A stretch of 64,000 nt of DNA from an uncultured delta proteobacterium. Lineage in GTDB: Bacteria > Desulfobacterota > Desulfomonilia > Desulfomonilales > Desulfomonilaceae. Numbering within the stretch: position 1 is the first letter of the stretch; every line of letters starts with the position of its first letter. The position numbers and the translations under genes were made by a program. Of the stretch, positions 54,519 to 64,000 are shown piece after piece. The notes under the pieces are model-generated. The model was given only the letters and a program-made list of their open reading frames with translations. It was not told where the DNA came from and did no database searches. The DNA is taken from contig CAWBKB010000001.1 in NCBI GenBank assembly GCA_963789265.1, forward strand, positions 192,001-256,000, written 5' to 3'.

Positions 54519-54860
54519 CTAAATACTTATCCTCTTTGCACGTTTCACTTGAAACATGTAATCGAATATCGTTCGGGTTACGAAGAAGGCCGTAAACAGT
54601 GAGATGACCAGACCTATGCACAGAGTGACAGCGAATCCCTTTATGGGGCCTGTTCCGAACTGTATAAGAGGGAGAGCAGCGATAATATTGCTAAGATGAA
54701 TGTCGACAATTGTTAGTAACGCCTTGCTGTAGCCTTTCTTCAGAGCGACTCTCGCAGACTTTCCCATGCGGAGTTCTTCGCGTGTCCTTTCGAAAATCAG
54801 CACGTTTGCGTCGATGGCCATGCCCGTTGTCAGCGCAACGCCGGCTAAGCCTGAGACCGG
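54519..54860 (-). pseudogene. secD: C-terminal fragment of SecD
   Basis: GLAG..LT.GMAIDANVLIFER.REELR.GKS, GTGPIKGFAVTL; N-terminal part absent. Confidence 0.8.
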
Positions 54861-55088
54861 CTGGGCCGCTTTCTCGATCAACAGTAACAGTGAAAGGTTT
54901 CCCTTGCTATTACGATTTTCGTGGCCAACGGCATCCGTATTGTATATTTATGTAGGACCTGGGGACCACGGTATATTGATAGTCCCGCACATGTACGTCG
55001 GCTCGCGGGGAAATGGTATGGGCAGCTAGTGTCAGAGGGACTATTTGAATTCTTCATAAAGAAGAAATTAACTGAGGGTTGTAAAAGG

Positions 55089-55778
55089 ATGAAATCGAAC
55101 ACAATGAGCGATAGTGAAGTCAGGAGCGAAAAATCATCTCGCAGACTGTTCCAGGAATACTCGGAAGCGTTTGTGGTTGCCATAATTCTAGCTTTCCTCA
55201 TCCGGGCTTTTTTCTTTCAGGCTTTTGACATCCCATCCGGCTCCATGGAACCAACGTTGCTCATTGGCGACCACATTCTGGTCAGCAAGTTCATCTATGG
55301 GTGGCGAATCCCTTTTACCGCCAAAAGATGGCCGGAGTACGAGATTCCGGTCCCCTTTACCGGAAGCAGACTGGCTGAGTTTCGGAAACCTCGGCGTGGA
55401 GACGTCATCGTATTTGTCTATCCCTTAGATCGATCCAAAGATTTCATCAAACGGGTGATCGCAGTGGGTGGAGACACTTTATCAATTGTAGACAGAAAGA
55501 TTTTTATCAACGGCAAGGCTGCGCAGGATCCTCATGCCTACTTTTCCAGTGATGTAATCTATCCTTCGGACCAGTCACCGCGGGACAATCTGGGACCAAT
55601 AACCGTTCCCAAAGGTGCTTTATTCGTCATGGGGGACAACAGAGACAATAGTTATGACAGCAGATTTTGGGGGTTCGTGCCTCTCCGAAATGTCGTAGGA
55701 GAGGCATTGATTATTTATTACGCCGCTCCTAACATCTTTCATGTCCACTGGGACCGCTTTTTCAAAATCATTCGATAG
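55089..55778 (+). CDS. lepB: signal peptidase I
   Basis: IPSGSMEPTLLIGD, DFIKRVI, GDNRDNSYDSRFWG. Confidence 0.93.
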   Translation: MKSNTMSDSEVRSEKSSRRLFQEYSEAFVVAIILAFLIRAFFFQAFDIPSGSMEPTLLIGDHILVSKFIYGWRIPFTAKRWPEYEIPVPFTGSRLAEFRKPRRGDVIVFVYPLDRSKDFIKRVIAVGGDTLSIVDRKIFINGKAAQDPHAYFSSDVIYPSDQSPRDNLGPITVPKGALFVMGDNRDNSYDSRFWGFVPLRNVVGEALIIYYAAPNIFHVHWDRFFKIIR

Positions 55779-55808
55779 TCTATCTTCTCCGCTTTGGCGG
55801 CACTCGTC

Positions 55809-57365
55809 TCAATGAGACATGGCCGCAGATTTCTTGCCTATCGGCGGTTTGCGAATGATCCACACCGTGGCGATCAAAGCCACCAGAATGCAGGCATCGA
55901 GAAAGAATACGTCATTGAAAGCAAGGATCGTAGCTTGCTGCTGGAGTTGCATGTAGAGAGCCTGCATCGCCAACTTGGTATGGCCGGCAAAAGCCCCCAT
56001 CTTAAGATCCAGGTATGATCTAACATGATCCAGCGGGATCGGTAATCTGTGGCTGAATTGTGTCAAGTGGTCAACGAGTCGGTTCTGGTGGAACTGCGAT
56101 CTCCGTTCGATCATAGTGCTAACAAACGCGATGCCGCTTGACCCGCCGAGATTTCTCAGGAGATTGAAAATTGCCGATGCATTGTTCATTCGTTCGTTGG
56201 GGACATAGGCCATAGCGACAAAAGTAACCGGCACGAAAATTAAAGGCATTCCAACGCCCTGTATCACCCGCCCCATGGCCCCGGTGTAGAAGTCTATCTG
56301 TCCGTCAAATCCCGACATGTAATAGCCCGAATATGCCGTAATCAGCAACCCCATCGCGAGTAAAATACGAGCATCCATTTTTTCCGTCAGCTTTCCGGTA
56401 ACAGGCAGCACTGCTAACAGCAGCACGCCTCCCGGTCCCAAAACCAGTCCTGCCAGGAACGCGGTGTATCCCATTACTGTTTGAAGGAACAGGGGAAGCG
56501 ACACAAGCATGCCGAAAAATGCAAAAAAAGTGAAAAACATGACAACATTTCCCGCGGCAAAGCTTCGATCTTTGAAAATCCTCAAGTCAAGGATGGGTCG
56601 ATCCTGGCTAAGCTCCCAGAAAACCAGAGCTGTGAGGCTAACAACCGATACAATCGTCAGCGTCAGGATAAAGTCCGAGCTAAACCAATCGTCTCGTTGG
56701 CCTTTATCCAACACTACCTGGAGGCTTCCCAGTCCCAGAGTCAGCAGCGTTATGCCTACGTAGTCGACCTTTTCTCCTTCAGCCCTTCGTTCCTGGTAAG
56801 ACGGGTCGAAGACAAATGCGGAAATAAGAGCCAGGGCCACAATACCCACGGGTATATTAATGTAAAATATCCACCGCCAAGAATAATTGTCAGTAAGGTA
56901 TCCGCCGATCAAAGGGCCCAGGACAGGTCCCAGCACCGCGCCCATTCCGAAGATGCCCATGGCCACTCCTCGTTCCTCAGGTGGAAACGTCTCCAAAAGG
57001 ATGGCTTGCGACATGGGCTGGAGCCCTCCGCCACCGATGCCTTGAATTACCCTGAACACTACAATTTCGGCCAGGCTTGTCGCAGAGCCGCAGAGAATGG
57101 AGCTCAATGTAAATACGACAATGGAGCCGAGGAGGTATTTCTTGCGACCCATTATTCTGGCCAGCCATCCACTCATGGGAATGACAACCGCATTCGATAC
57201 CAAATACGAGGTCAAAACCCAGGTGACCTCATCCTGACTGGCCGAAAGACTGCCTTGGATATGCGGCAGTGCGACGTTCGCCACGCTTGTATCAAGAATC
57301 TCAATGAGGGTGGGCAACATCACCGCCAGGGTGACGAGCCATTTGTTTGGGTCGGGACTTCCCAT
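55809..57365 (-). CDS. emrB: DHA2-family MFS efflux permease (EmrB)
   Basis: LDTSVANVALPHI, WVLTSYL, WRWIFYINIPVG. Confidence 0.92.
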   Translation of the reverse strand: MGSPDPNKWLVTLAVMLPTLIEILDTSVANVALPHIQGSLSASQDEVTWVLTSYLVSNAVVIPMSGWLARIMGRKKYLLGSIVVFTLSSILCGSATSLAEIVVFRVIQGIGGGGLQPMSQAILLETFPPEERGVAMGIFGMGAVLGPVLGPLIGGYLTDNYSWRWIFYINIPVGIVALALISAFVFDPSYQERRAEGEKVDYVGITLLTLGLGSLQVVLDKGQRDDWFSSDFILTLTIVSVVSLTALVFWELSQDRPILDLRIFKDRSFAAGNVVMFFTFFAFFGMLVSLPLFLQTVMGYTAFLAGLVLGPGGVLLLAVLPVTGKLTEKMDARILLAMGLLITAYSGYYMSGFDGQIDFYTGAMGRVIQGVGMPLIFVPVTFVAMAYVPNERMNNASAIFNLLRNLGGSSGIAFVSTMIERRSQFHQNRLVDHLTQFSHRLPIPLDHVRSYLDLKMGAFAGHTKLAMQALYMQLQQQATILAFNDVFFLDACILVALIATVWIIRKPPIGKKSAAMSH

Positions 57366-58557
57366 GACGGCCTTCTCTGGTGTATATCGTCGGCTCGACG
57401 CTCATCCCATTTCTTAATATCGGCAAATCGTCCGAATCGCTTTTATCAATAGTGATTCTCACTGGGACACGTTGGACCACCTTAACAAAATTTCCGGTGG
57501 CATTTTCCGGTGGAAACAAAGAGAAGACTGCTCCTGTTCCAGCCATTATGGACTTAACCTTGCCTTTGATGATGACGCCGGGGTATGTGTCGATCTCGAT
57601 GTCCACGGGCTGTCCCGAGCGGACATTCGTGAGCGCGGTTTCCTTATAGTTTGCCGTAATCCAGACGTTATCCGGGTCCAGCGGCACGACGGCAAAGAGA
57701 TTTTGACCGGGTGAGACAAATTGACCGGGTTGGATTTGCTTCTTGGTTATGTATCCGTCGGTGGGGGCAACGATGGTCGCATAGCTCAGATTTAGCTGAG
57801 CTTGTTTTACCTGGGCCTTTGCCAACTCAACTGCTGCCTTCTGGGCCTCGGTTTGACGGGCTTTGATCTCTGCCTGCTCTTTTCCTGTGGCCGCATAAGC
57901 AATGCTCGCTTTGCGCTGCTCGATTTCGGCCTCCTGGGATGCGAGTTGTTTCTTAGCCGCTTCCAGTTGGGCCTTAGCTCCTTCGAGCTGGGCAAGGGCA
58001 GATCGATAGCTGGTCACTGAATTGTCAAGAGCCTGCTGGGATATCGCCCCATCTTTTCTAAGAGCTTTGTTGCGCTCCAGGTCCAGTTTTTGCAAATTAT
58101 ATTGCGCTTGTTGCTGCTCCACATTTCGAGTGGCGGCATCCACATTCCGGTGCAATTGCTCCAGAGTCTGCTCCAAACTGTGTAATTCCGCCTTAGCCTC
58201 CCTGACCTGCTGGGCGGTTTGGGTAAGCTGAAGGGGTACGCTCAACTGCAACGAGACCATGGTAAAGCGATTTTGTGCCAAGGTAGCCTTGGCCTGTGCC
58301 AAAGCGACCTCGTACGGAACAGGATCGAGGGCCACCAAAGGTTGCCCTGTCTTCACCTCGTCGTTGTTATGTACGTAGATTTTAGTGATATAACCCGAAA
58401 CCCGAGGTGTGATTGTGAAAATACGGCCATCTACGTAAGCATCGTCGGTCGAGACCTCGCCTCGCGTCCACAAATAGTAGCCAAGGCCTCCTGCGACGAG
58501 CAGGCATACAACAATGATCGCAGCGACCCATTTGTGTCTTTTCACATATTGAACCAT
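57301..58557 (-). CDS. emrA: HlyD/EmrA membrane fusion protein
   Basis: STDDAYV, ANYKET, FSLFPPENATGNFVKVVQRVPV. Confidence 0.9.
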   Translation of the reverse strand: MVQYVKRHKWVAAIIVVCLLVAGGLGYYLWTRGEVSTDDAYVDGRIFTITPRVSGYITKIYVHNNDEVKTGQPLVALDPVPYEVALAQAKATLAQNRFTMVSLQLSVPLQLTQTAQQVREAKAELHSLEQTLEQLHRNVDAATRNVEQQQAQYNLQKLDLERNKALRKDGAISQQALDNSVTSYRSALAQLEGAKAQLEAAKKQLASQEAEIEQRKASIAYAATGKEQAEIKARQTEAQKAAVELAKAQVKQAQLNLSYATIVAPTDGYITKKQIQPGQFVSPGQNLFAVVPLDPDNVWITANYKETALTNVRSGQPVDIEIDTYPGVIIKGKVKSIMAGTGAVFSLFPPENATGNFVKVVQRVPVRITIDKSDSDDLPILRNGMSVEPTIYTREGRHGKSRPKQMARHPGGDVAHPH

Positions 58558-58792
58558 ACGGAAATGCGCCTCCTTTTCGGAGATTCGTAAATTCTTCTCG
58601 AGGGGTATCGACATCACCGCTCTGCACCGCAGTTTTTTCCGTCCGCGAGTGAAGCCGAGAACCTTCCCGGGATGACTGATTATCCAAATCGGCGTGAGGG
58701 CTCTGACGGCGTAACAATTTGTCGGAGGGTTCCGGTCCCTGAAATCTGGACCGAATCACTGTCAACTTTCAGCGTGTCATTGCCGAATTCGT

Positions 58793-59287
58793 TCACCCCT
58801 CGGTCTTCTGAATTGTGGAATTACACCAATCTTTCATATCACTACCCAAATTGTTCAGTATCCGTTCCAAGATATGCATTAGAGAATTCAAATCTTCTTG
58901 TGTCATTCCGGCAAATGCCTTTTGCAGAAAGCCCATCGCGATACGAACCAATTCCGGCTTCAGAGATCTCCCTGCTTCCGTGAGATAAACCTTATGGCGT
59001 CGGAGGTCCTCGCGATCAGGTTGCCGCCGCACTAAGCCACCCTTCTCCAACAGGTTCAAAATCCTCGCTATATTGTGCCTGTCCTTTGCCGTTTTTTCAG
59101 CCAATAAGCTCTGGTGCACACCTTCAGCCTCCCACAATGAACCAAGGACCGTCCATTGTTCGGGGGTTATCTCGTATCCCTCGGATTGGAATGCCCTATG
59201 GAGGCCGGCTTTCAAGCACGTGGAAGTTTGGCAGATTACGAATCCGGGAGACTCTGTCCTCGGAAAAATTTTGAGTCTCGGTTTCAT
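58793..59287 (-). CDS. MarR-family regulator
   Basis: ITPEQW.VL, LEKGGLV.R..D.ED.R...VYLTEAG. Confidence 0.92.
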   Translation of the reverse strand: MKPRLKIFPRTESPGFVICQTSTCLKAGLHRAFQSEGYEITPEQWTVLGSLWEAEGVHQSLLAEKTAKDRHNIARILNLLEKGGLVRRQPDREDLRRHKVYLTEAGRSLKPELVRIAMGFLQKAFAGMTQEDLNSLMHILERILNNLGSDMKDWCNSTIQKTEG

Positions 59288-59339
59288 TCGCTATTCTCCA
59301 CGCCAATTATCTTCATTGACCAATCCTATCACTGATTAA

Positions 59340-59380
59340 TGTTGCTATGACAACAATGTTCATCGTTTTTGGTTTGTCAA
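59340..59380 (-). promoter_or_regulatory. marR promoter with putative operator
   Basis: TTGACA on the minus strand (59375..59380) and palindrome TGTTG-N6-CAACA (59340..59355). Confidence 0.55.
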
Positions 59381-59442
59381 GATTCAATCCGATCGGCCCG
59401 CGTCAAGGCGCAAATAAGCTCTTGAAATATGGGATAGATCTC

Positions 59443-59713
59443 TTATGCCAATGCTCCATCAAAGAGGTGACAATCCTGGACAGAATATGGTAGTGCATCT
59501 CGCGCAAAACGCGGGCCTGCCTGTCCCGCGTTTTGCGGGGTCATCCCGGACTCCGACCCGAGCATGGTAGGGGCGAATGGCATTCGCCCCGGCGGTCCCG
59601 CGTCCCGCGGGATCGCCCCTACATTGCCCCGAGTACGCGGACACGACGACATGTAGGGCCGGGTTTCAAACCCGCCCCTACCGGAAACAAGGTGTCACTT
59701 GCTTGAAAGCGAA
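59443..59713. mobile_element. TA-terminated MITE with an uninterrupted GGGTTTCAAACCCGCCC palindrome
   Basis: Same end and internal blocks as 24914 and 42279. Confidence 0.72.
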
Positions 59714-59996
59714 GCCTTGAGATCTGACAGAATCCCCACCAGCGTGATAGGTCGCTGCCGATATGCATGGGCTTATTTGAGAATCTACTGTTCCAGAATT
59801 GTGAGCTTACATCTTATTGCATTTAGACTGGCAATCGGCAGAATTTGTCGCGAATTGACAACAACAATCGAAGTGCTCATCGTATTGGCAGTAAAATAAC
59901 GTACAGCCCAGTTGGCTATTAAGGGTTGCCTCCTGCAGAGGAGAGAATTAACGGTCAACCATTGACAGATAATGACTCGAACACCAGGAGCGAAAA

Positions 59997-60692
59997 ATGA
60001 GGACCATACTTTACGTAACGGTATTGGGGTGTTTGCTTTCAGGTTTGCTCGCGTTTGCCGTAGTACCTGCTGCAGCCCAGGTAAACTCCGACTTGATGAT
60101 GATGCAAAAGGCAGGACCAATGACCCAGCATCAGGGCCCGGTGGCCACTCCGGGGCAGAAAGGCCTTGCCGGCGTGTCCAAAGCCGGTACCTCACAGCAA
60201 GTGAACAGTCCCGGCTCTATGAAATCCATGATGAACGGCCAGAGCGCAGGTAAGCCTAACCAGCAACCCAAGGCCCAGGGCGCACAGCCGGCTAACGTCT
60301 CTGCCCAGGCCAAAGGCGGTGAAGCTACAGTTGCTCGAGTGGACCGATCCGGTAAGTGTCTCCATGTCTACAGTAGTCCTTCTGTTACGTCCAAAGAAAT
60401 TGCTTGCGTGCCGAAGGGAGAAAAAGTGCACCTGACCGGTGTGTTCAGCAAAAATAGGCGGTGGGCCCAACTGGACAACAATGGCTGGGTGCGCTTCAAA
60501 CAGCTCAAGACCAGTGTGAGGCCGCCTCGAATGTCGGCTAACAAGGGATCGTGGGCGCGTTCCGCCGCGGCGGGTAAGGGCAGGCCCAGGGCACCGCATC
60601 ATTACCGCCGGGCCCACCACTGCTGCTATCCGGGTAATTACTCGGGCTACTATCCCGGTTATTACGGATACTATTGGAGACCCTGGTACTGA
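59997..60692 (+). CDS. exported SH3b protein with Tyr/Gly-rich tail
   Basis: Signal peptide; CLHVYSSPS...IACVPKG...WAQLD.NGWV. Confidence 0.8.
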   Translation: MRTILYVTVLGCLLSGLLAFAVVPAAAQVNSDLMMMQKAGPMTQHQGPVATPGQKGLAGVSKAGTSQQVNSPGSMKSMMNGQSAGKPNQQPKAQGAQPANVSAQAKGGEATVARVDRSGKCLHVYSSPSVTSKEIACVPKGEKVHLTGVFSKNRRWAQLDNNGWVRFKQLKTSVRPPRMSANKGSWARSAAAGKGRPRAPHHYRRAHHCCYPGNYSGYYPGYYGYYWRPWY

Positions 60693-60713
60693 CAATGCCT
60701 AGACGGCCTTTTT

Positions 60714-60744
60714 GGTACCCGGGCCACGGCCCGGGTATCTTTTT
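60714..60744 (+). terminator. intrinsic terminator
   Basis: GGTACCCGGGCC-AC-GGCCCGGGTATC followed by a T-run. Confidence 0.75.
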
Positions 60745-61084
60745 GTGTGGTGGGAACTAAGTGGGCCTCCCGACAGGAAACCGCCAACAAGTTTCAACGT
60801 CTATGAAAGTGACTCGATACCGGCAGTTCAGTGTGCCCGTTAGATCCAAATGGGCAAGGGGAGGTTATAGCATTTGAAGATTGTATTGGGATAGTGCGGA
60901 CATTAGTTTTGATTTCGGTTGCGGATGAGCGATTGAGCATCCGACAAAGGCGATCAGACAACTTGCGGGCAGGTTCTGCGATAAAGTCGCCAGTATTACA
61001 ATTAAATTCAGCCTCAAATCTGCTTTTGCTGGAAACTCTTTCGTGGCCTCGGCCAGCCTGAAAGTCACTACGGTATTTTTTCCA

Positions 61085-61190
61085 AGATAAGCATCAATCG
61101 CATTTTTTTGAAGTGCATCGTTCACCTCTAAGGCCGGAAGTGCTACCGTGATCGCACCCATCTCTCCGACGACCCTTCATGTTACACCTG
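61085..61190 (-). pseudogene. fragment resembling a TRAP DctP solute-binding protein
   Basis: MGAITVALPALEVNDALQKNAIDA matches the GA.PV..P..EV..ALQ.G.ID motif; stop codon immediately upstream. Confidence 0.45.
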
Positions 61191-61209
61191 TCGACCTAAC
61201 CCTCGATCT

Positions 61210-62683
61210 CTACAAGTTTTCGGTTTCCAAACGCTGTCCATCCGTAGCATATCGGCCTTCAAACACCCCCAAAACGCCTTTCTTCAACAGAATCTTATGC
61301 TTGCGTATTTTATTGTATAGTGTGGCGCGAGATATGTTCAGATATCTGGCGGAATCGGTGATGTTACAATTATTGCTCCTGAGGGCGTTGAGAATGCAGC
61401 TCCGTTCCTGGATTTCCAGGCCCGTTCCTGTTCGTGCTGTTCGCCTCTCAGGGAAGTCATTCTCTTCCGAAGCCGGGGTCCACCTTATTTTGGGGTTGCC
61501 CAAAAGGACTTGCCTCACGTCATTAATTGTGACCTCGTTTTGTGAAGCATTGAGGCTGATCCGGTTGGTAACATTGCGAAGTTCACGCACGTTTCCCGGC
61601 CAATCGGTACTGCATGAGGAGCTCGATTATGTCTGAGGGAAAAGACAGATCTATGCCCTCTCTTCTCATTAAATGCTCTATCAGAAGTGGGATATCTTCC
61701 TTATGAAATCTCAACGGAGGGACCCTTATTTCTATGACACTCAGCCTGTAATACAGGTCTGGTCGGAATTTTCCTTGCCTGCAAAGTTCATCGAGGTCAC
61801 GGTTCGTAGAGGCAATCATGCGGGCATTTATTGGTAAAAGCTTCGTGCCTCCTATCCTTTCGTACTCTTTCTCTTCAAGAACGCGCAACAGTTTGCTCTG
61901 CAATCGCATGTCCATGTCGCCGATTTCATCAAGAAGGATTGATCCTCCGGCAGCCAACTCGAATTTGCCCTTTTTCTTGGAAACCGCTCCGGTAAAGGCG
62001 CCTTTCTCATAACCGAACAGCTCTGATTCCAGTAGCTCGTTGGGAATGGCCGTGCAATTGATTTTGACAAACGGCCGAAACGACTTGTTCAGGCTCTCAG
62101 AATGGAAAGCGCTTGCCAGAATCTCCTTACCTGTGCCTGTTTCACCGATTATTAGTATTGGGTAAAATGTGCGTGCCGCCCGCTTGCACTGATCCAGCAT
62201 CTCCGTGACAATCTTGCTCTCTCCCACATAATCTTCAAAAGTGTAGCTTGAGTCGACCCTGGCTATTGCACTGTAGGCGTCCTTCATAAAGCGATGTTCG
62301 GCATCATCCAAACTGGATAGTATTCTCTTCAGAGTAGTCAAATTCTTGAAAAGAACCATGCCCAGCACCCCTATGACTTCTCCCTTAGAATTTATGGGGA
62401 TAAGATTGGTCATACATTTTCTGCCCTTTATGATCACCATGATCCCCATCATGGCTTTTCCCGTTTGCAGCACATGATCGAAGGGAGATAAGGGATCGAA
62501 ATTCCTGATAGGCTGACCAATGACGGCTTCCGGAACCTTGAACGTCTGTACTGATCCAGAGCTGCAGTGGATAAGGCGGCCGTTCCGGTCAACAAGAACC
62601 GCGGCATCAAACGCCGTATCCATGAATTTATCCAGTACCCCGCCGCGGGTGTGTATCTCCTCCAGTGTAAAGTCAAAATACAT
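61210..62683 (-). CDS. sigma54-dependent activator (PAS-AAA+-Fis HTH), frameshifted near 61600
   Basis: GETGTGKE, ESELFG.EKGAFTGA, LDEIG, RPDLYYRL, ISRATLYNK. Confidence 0.92.
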
Positions 62684-62876
62684 ATCGCCTCCGCGTCTAC
62701 CATGTACCGACAGAAGTGTTTTATGGTCCGTACGATATCCTACAACTACTGTCAATCGATATTTTCCATTTTGAGTCAAGTGTATAGACAAGTGTCTTTC
62801 TCCTTAACAGCCGGAATAACAAGATCCACGCTCGGGATGATCTGAATCCAGTGTCTAATGAGACATTCGGCGAGGT

Positions 62877-62892
62877 TGGCATACCGCTTGCT
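62877..62892 (+). promoter_or_regulatory. sigma54 -24/-12 promoter
   Basis: TGGCATACCGCTTGCT, canonical GG-N10-GC, 45 bp before the hydrolase ATG. Confidence 0.85.
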
Positions 62893-62937
62893 GTTCTTTC
62901 ACACTTATCATTCGAATCCGCTGTCAGGAGGGAGAAT

Positions 62938-63750
62938 ATGAAGCAAGATTTGACGGCGCGCGAAAAGGAAAGGCCCTATTCCAAGTATTTCAATCGGCCA
63001 TTGGCCCCTGTCCCGAAGGAAATTCTTGATTTCTTGCAACAAGGGCCTATCGATCCGACTTTGGCGACACCGATAGACCAGAGAAACGATCTGCTGAAAC
63101 CCGGTTATCTTCCAGCCGAGATGGGCTACTGCATCATGCCGGACGGTTCCGGCTATGTATCCATGCTGACCAGAATGCCGGGTGTCACATCCGAAATGAT
63201 CGACTGGTGGTTTGCCTGGCACGGTTTGGAGGGGCTTCGCTACAAAATATGGGATCCGGACGATCATTTTGATAGCCATGTAGCCCCGCATGATCTGACT
63301 CGCCGTCTGGATGCCAGTCTGACCGTCCAGCAGAGAAACTGGAACACAACTGACATTGTCCTCGAGGACATAGGAACCGGCAGCGTCGAATTGGCCATTT
63401 CTTTCATGTCGCCTGAAGATTTTGGTTATGACATGGACAGATTCAGGGCGCCGAATGTGCTGACTGCAGTCAACGCCAACGGTTCATTGGTGGGTCCTGG
63501 AATCGCCATGGGGACCTTTACCCATTTCGCACGTGAAATCCCAGGTGGGATCGAATTGAGAAGTCGTTTCTATATGGGGTGGCACATTATCGACAAAGGA
63601 CCGGTGAAGGTAGCGGAGCAGATACCGCTGGAGCTGACAAAGGGACTGGCCTACCATTGCTCGAAGGAGTACAGCAATTTGGCTGCCATCCTGCCGATGG
63701 TATACGCAGAGAATATAGGTAGGATCGACAGAATGGACGATTTCAACTAG
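62938..63750 (+). CDS. PhlG/phloretin-hydrolase family C-C hydrolase
   Basis: EMGYC.MPDG, MIDWWFAWH, RYKIW.P.DH, ELRSRF..G, HC.KEY.NLA..LP. Confidence 0.88.
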   Translation: MKQDLTAREKERPYSKYFNRPLAPVPKEILDFLQQGPIDPTLATPIDQRNDLLKPGYLPAEMGYCIMPDGSGYVSMLTRMPGVTSEMIDWWFAWHGLEGLRYKIWDPDDHFDSHVAPHDLTRRLDASLTVQQRNWNTTDIVLEDIGTGSVELAISFMSPEDFGYDMDRFRAPNVLTAVNANGSLVGPGIAMGTFTHFAREIPGGIELRSRFYMGWHIIDKGPVKVAEQIPLELTKGLAYHCSKEYSNLAAILPMVYAENIGRIDRMDDFN

Positions 63751-64000
63751 CGAAGCCGAACCGTCCGTGGAGGGTGAAGCATTCGGGGTCGTGCTCAATC
63801 AAACGCCGGGGACCTGTGGGCACTTGAAGTCGGCTCTCTGCCTGAGACCCCGACTCCCAGTATCAGTTTGATCGAAAACCGAACAGCGAGAGGTTTCAAT
63901 GGCTACGGTTGCTGCGAGATCCGAATCAAGATCAAAGACCGGTATGAACTTTGGCGGATGGGGCTGGGGAGTAATCTTTTTCTCCATGCTCATGTACTTC

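Noticed and set aside
63799..63993. 64-aa minus-strand ORF at the window edge
   Set aside because: No recognisable motif; may be part of a gene outside the window.

Overview
A ~52-55% GC (by eye) chromosomal window from an anaerobic deltaproteobacterium. The N-terminal motif of the PilZ protein and the TPR-CHAT/ankyrin-rich content suggest Desulfomonile-like, which is an inference. Many otherwise intact genes carry single-base frameshifts, often in short homopolymers, which points to long-read consensus errors rather than real pseudogenes. From left to right: CHASE2-type class III cyclase (partial), chagasin inhibitor plus DUF4384-papain protease, PadR, PilZ, HtpX-like protease, DUF4139, two small TA-like modules and tag. 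Next is a ~12.6 kb block bracketed by a diverged 72-bp repeat of the tag 3' end. It encodes a signal-peptide-bearing TPR-CHAT protease with hypervariable 40-aa repeats, a small membrane protein and an array of shuffled secreted ankyrin/SH3/low-complexity proteins. Then come DUF4189, MFS, a GH65/beta-PGM sugar locus with decayed xfp and H+-ATPase fragments, a copper locus (Met-rich periplasmic protein and P1B ATPase), a group 3b [NiFe] hydrogenase operon, two ClC genes, an OsmC-like selenoprotein (in-frame TGA plus SECIS), FecR, NfeD, an ABC transporter, DegP, lepB, MarR-EmrAB, an SH3 protein and a sigma54 activator divergent from a PhlG-family hydrolase. Intergenic DNA holds several MITE families carrying REP-like palindromes, with clear target-site duplications, nesting and empty-site alleles. 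No transposase, integrase, rRNA, tRNA or CRISPR array was seen.
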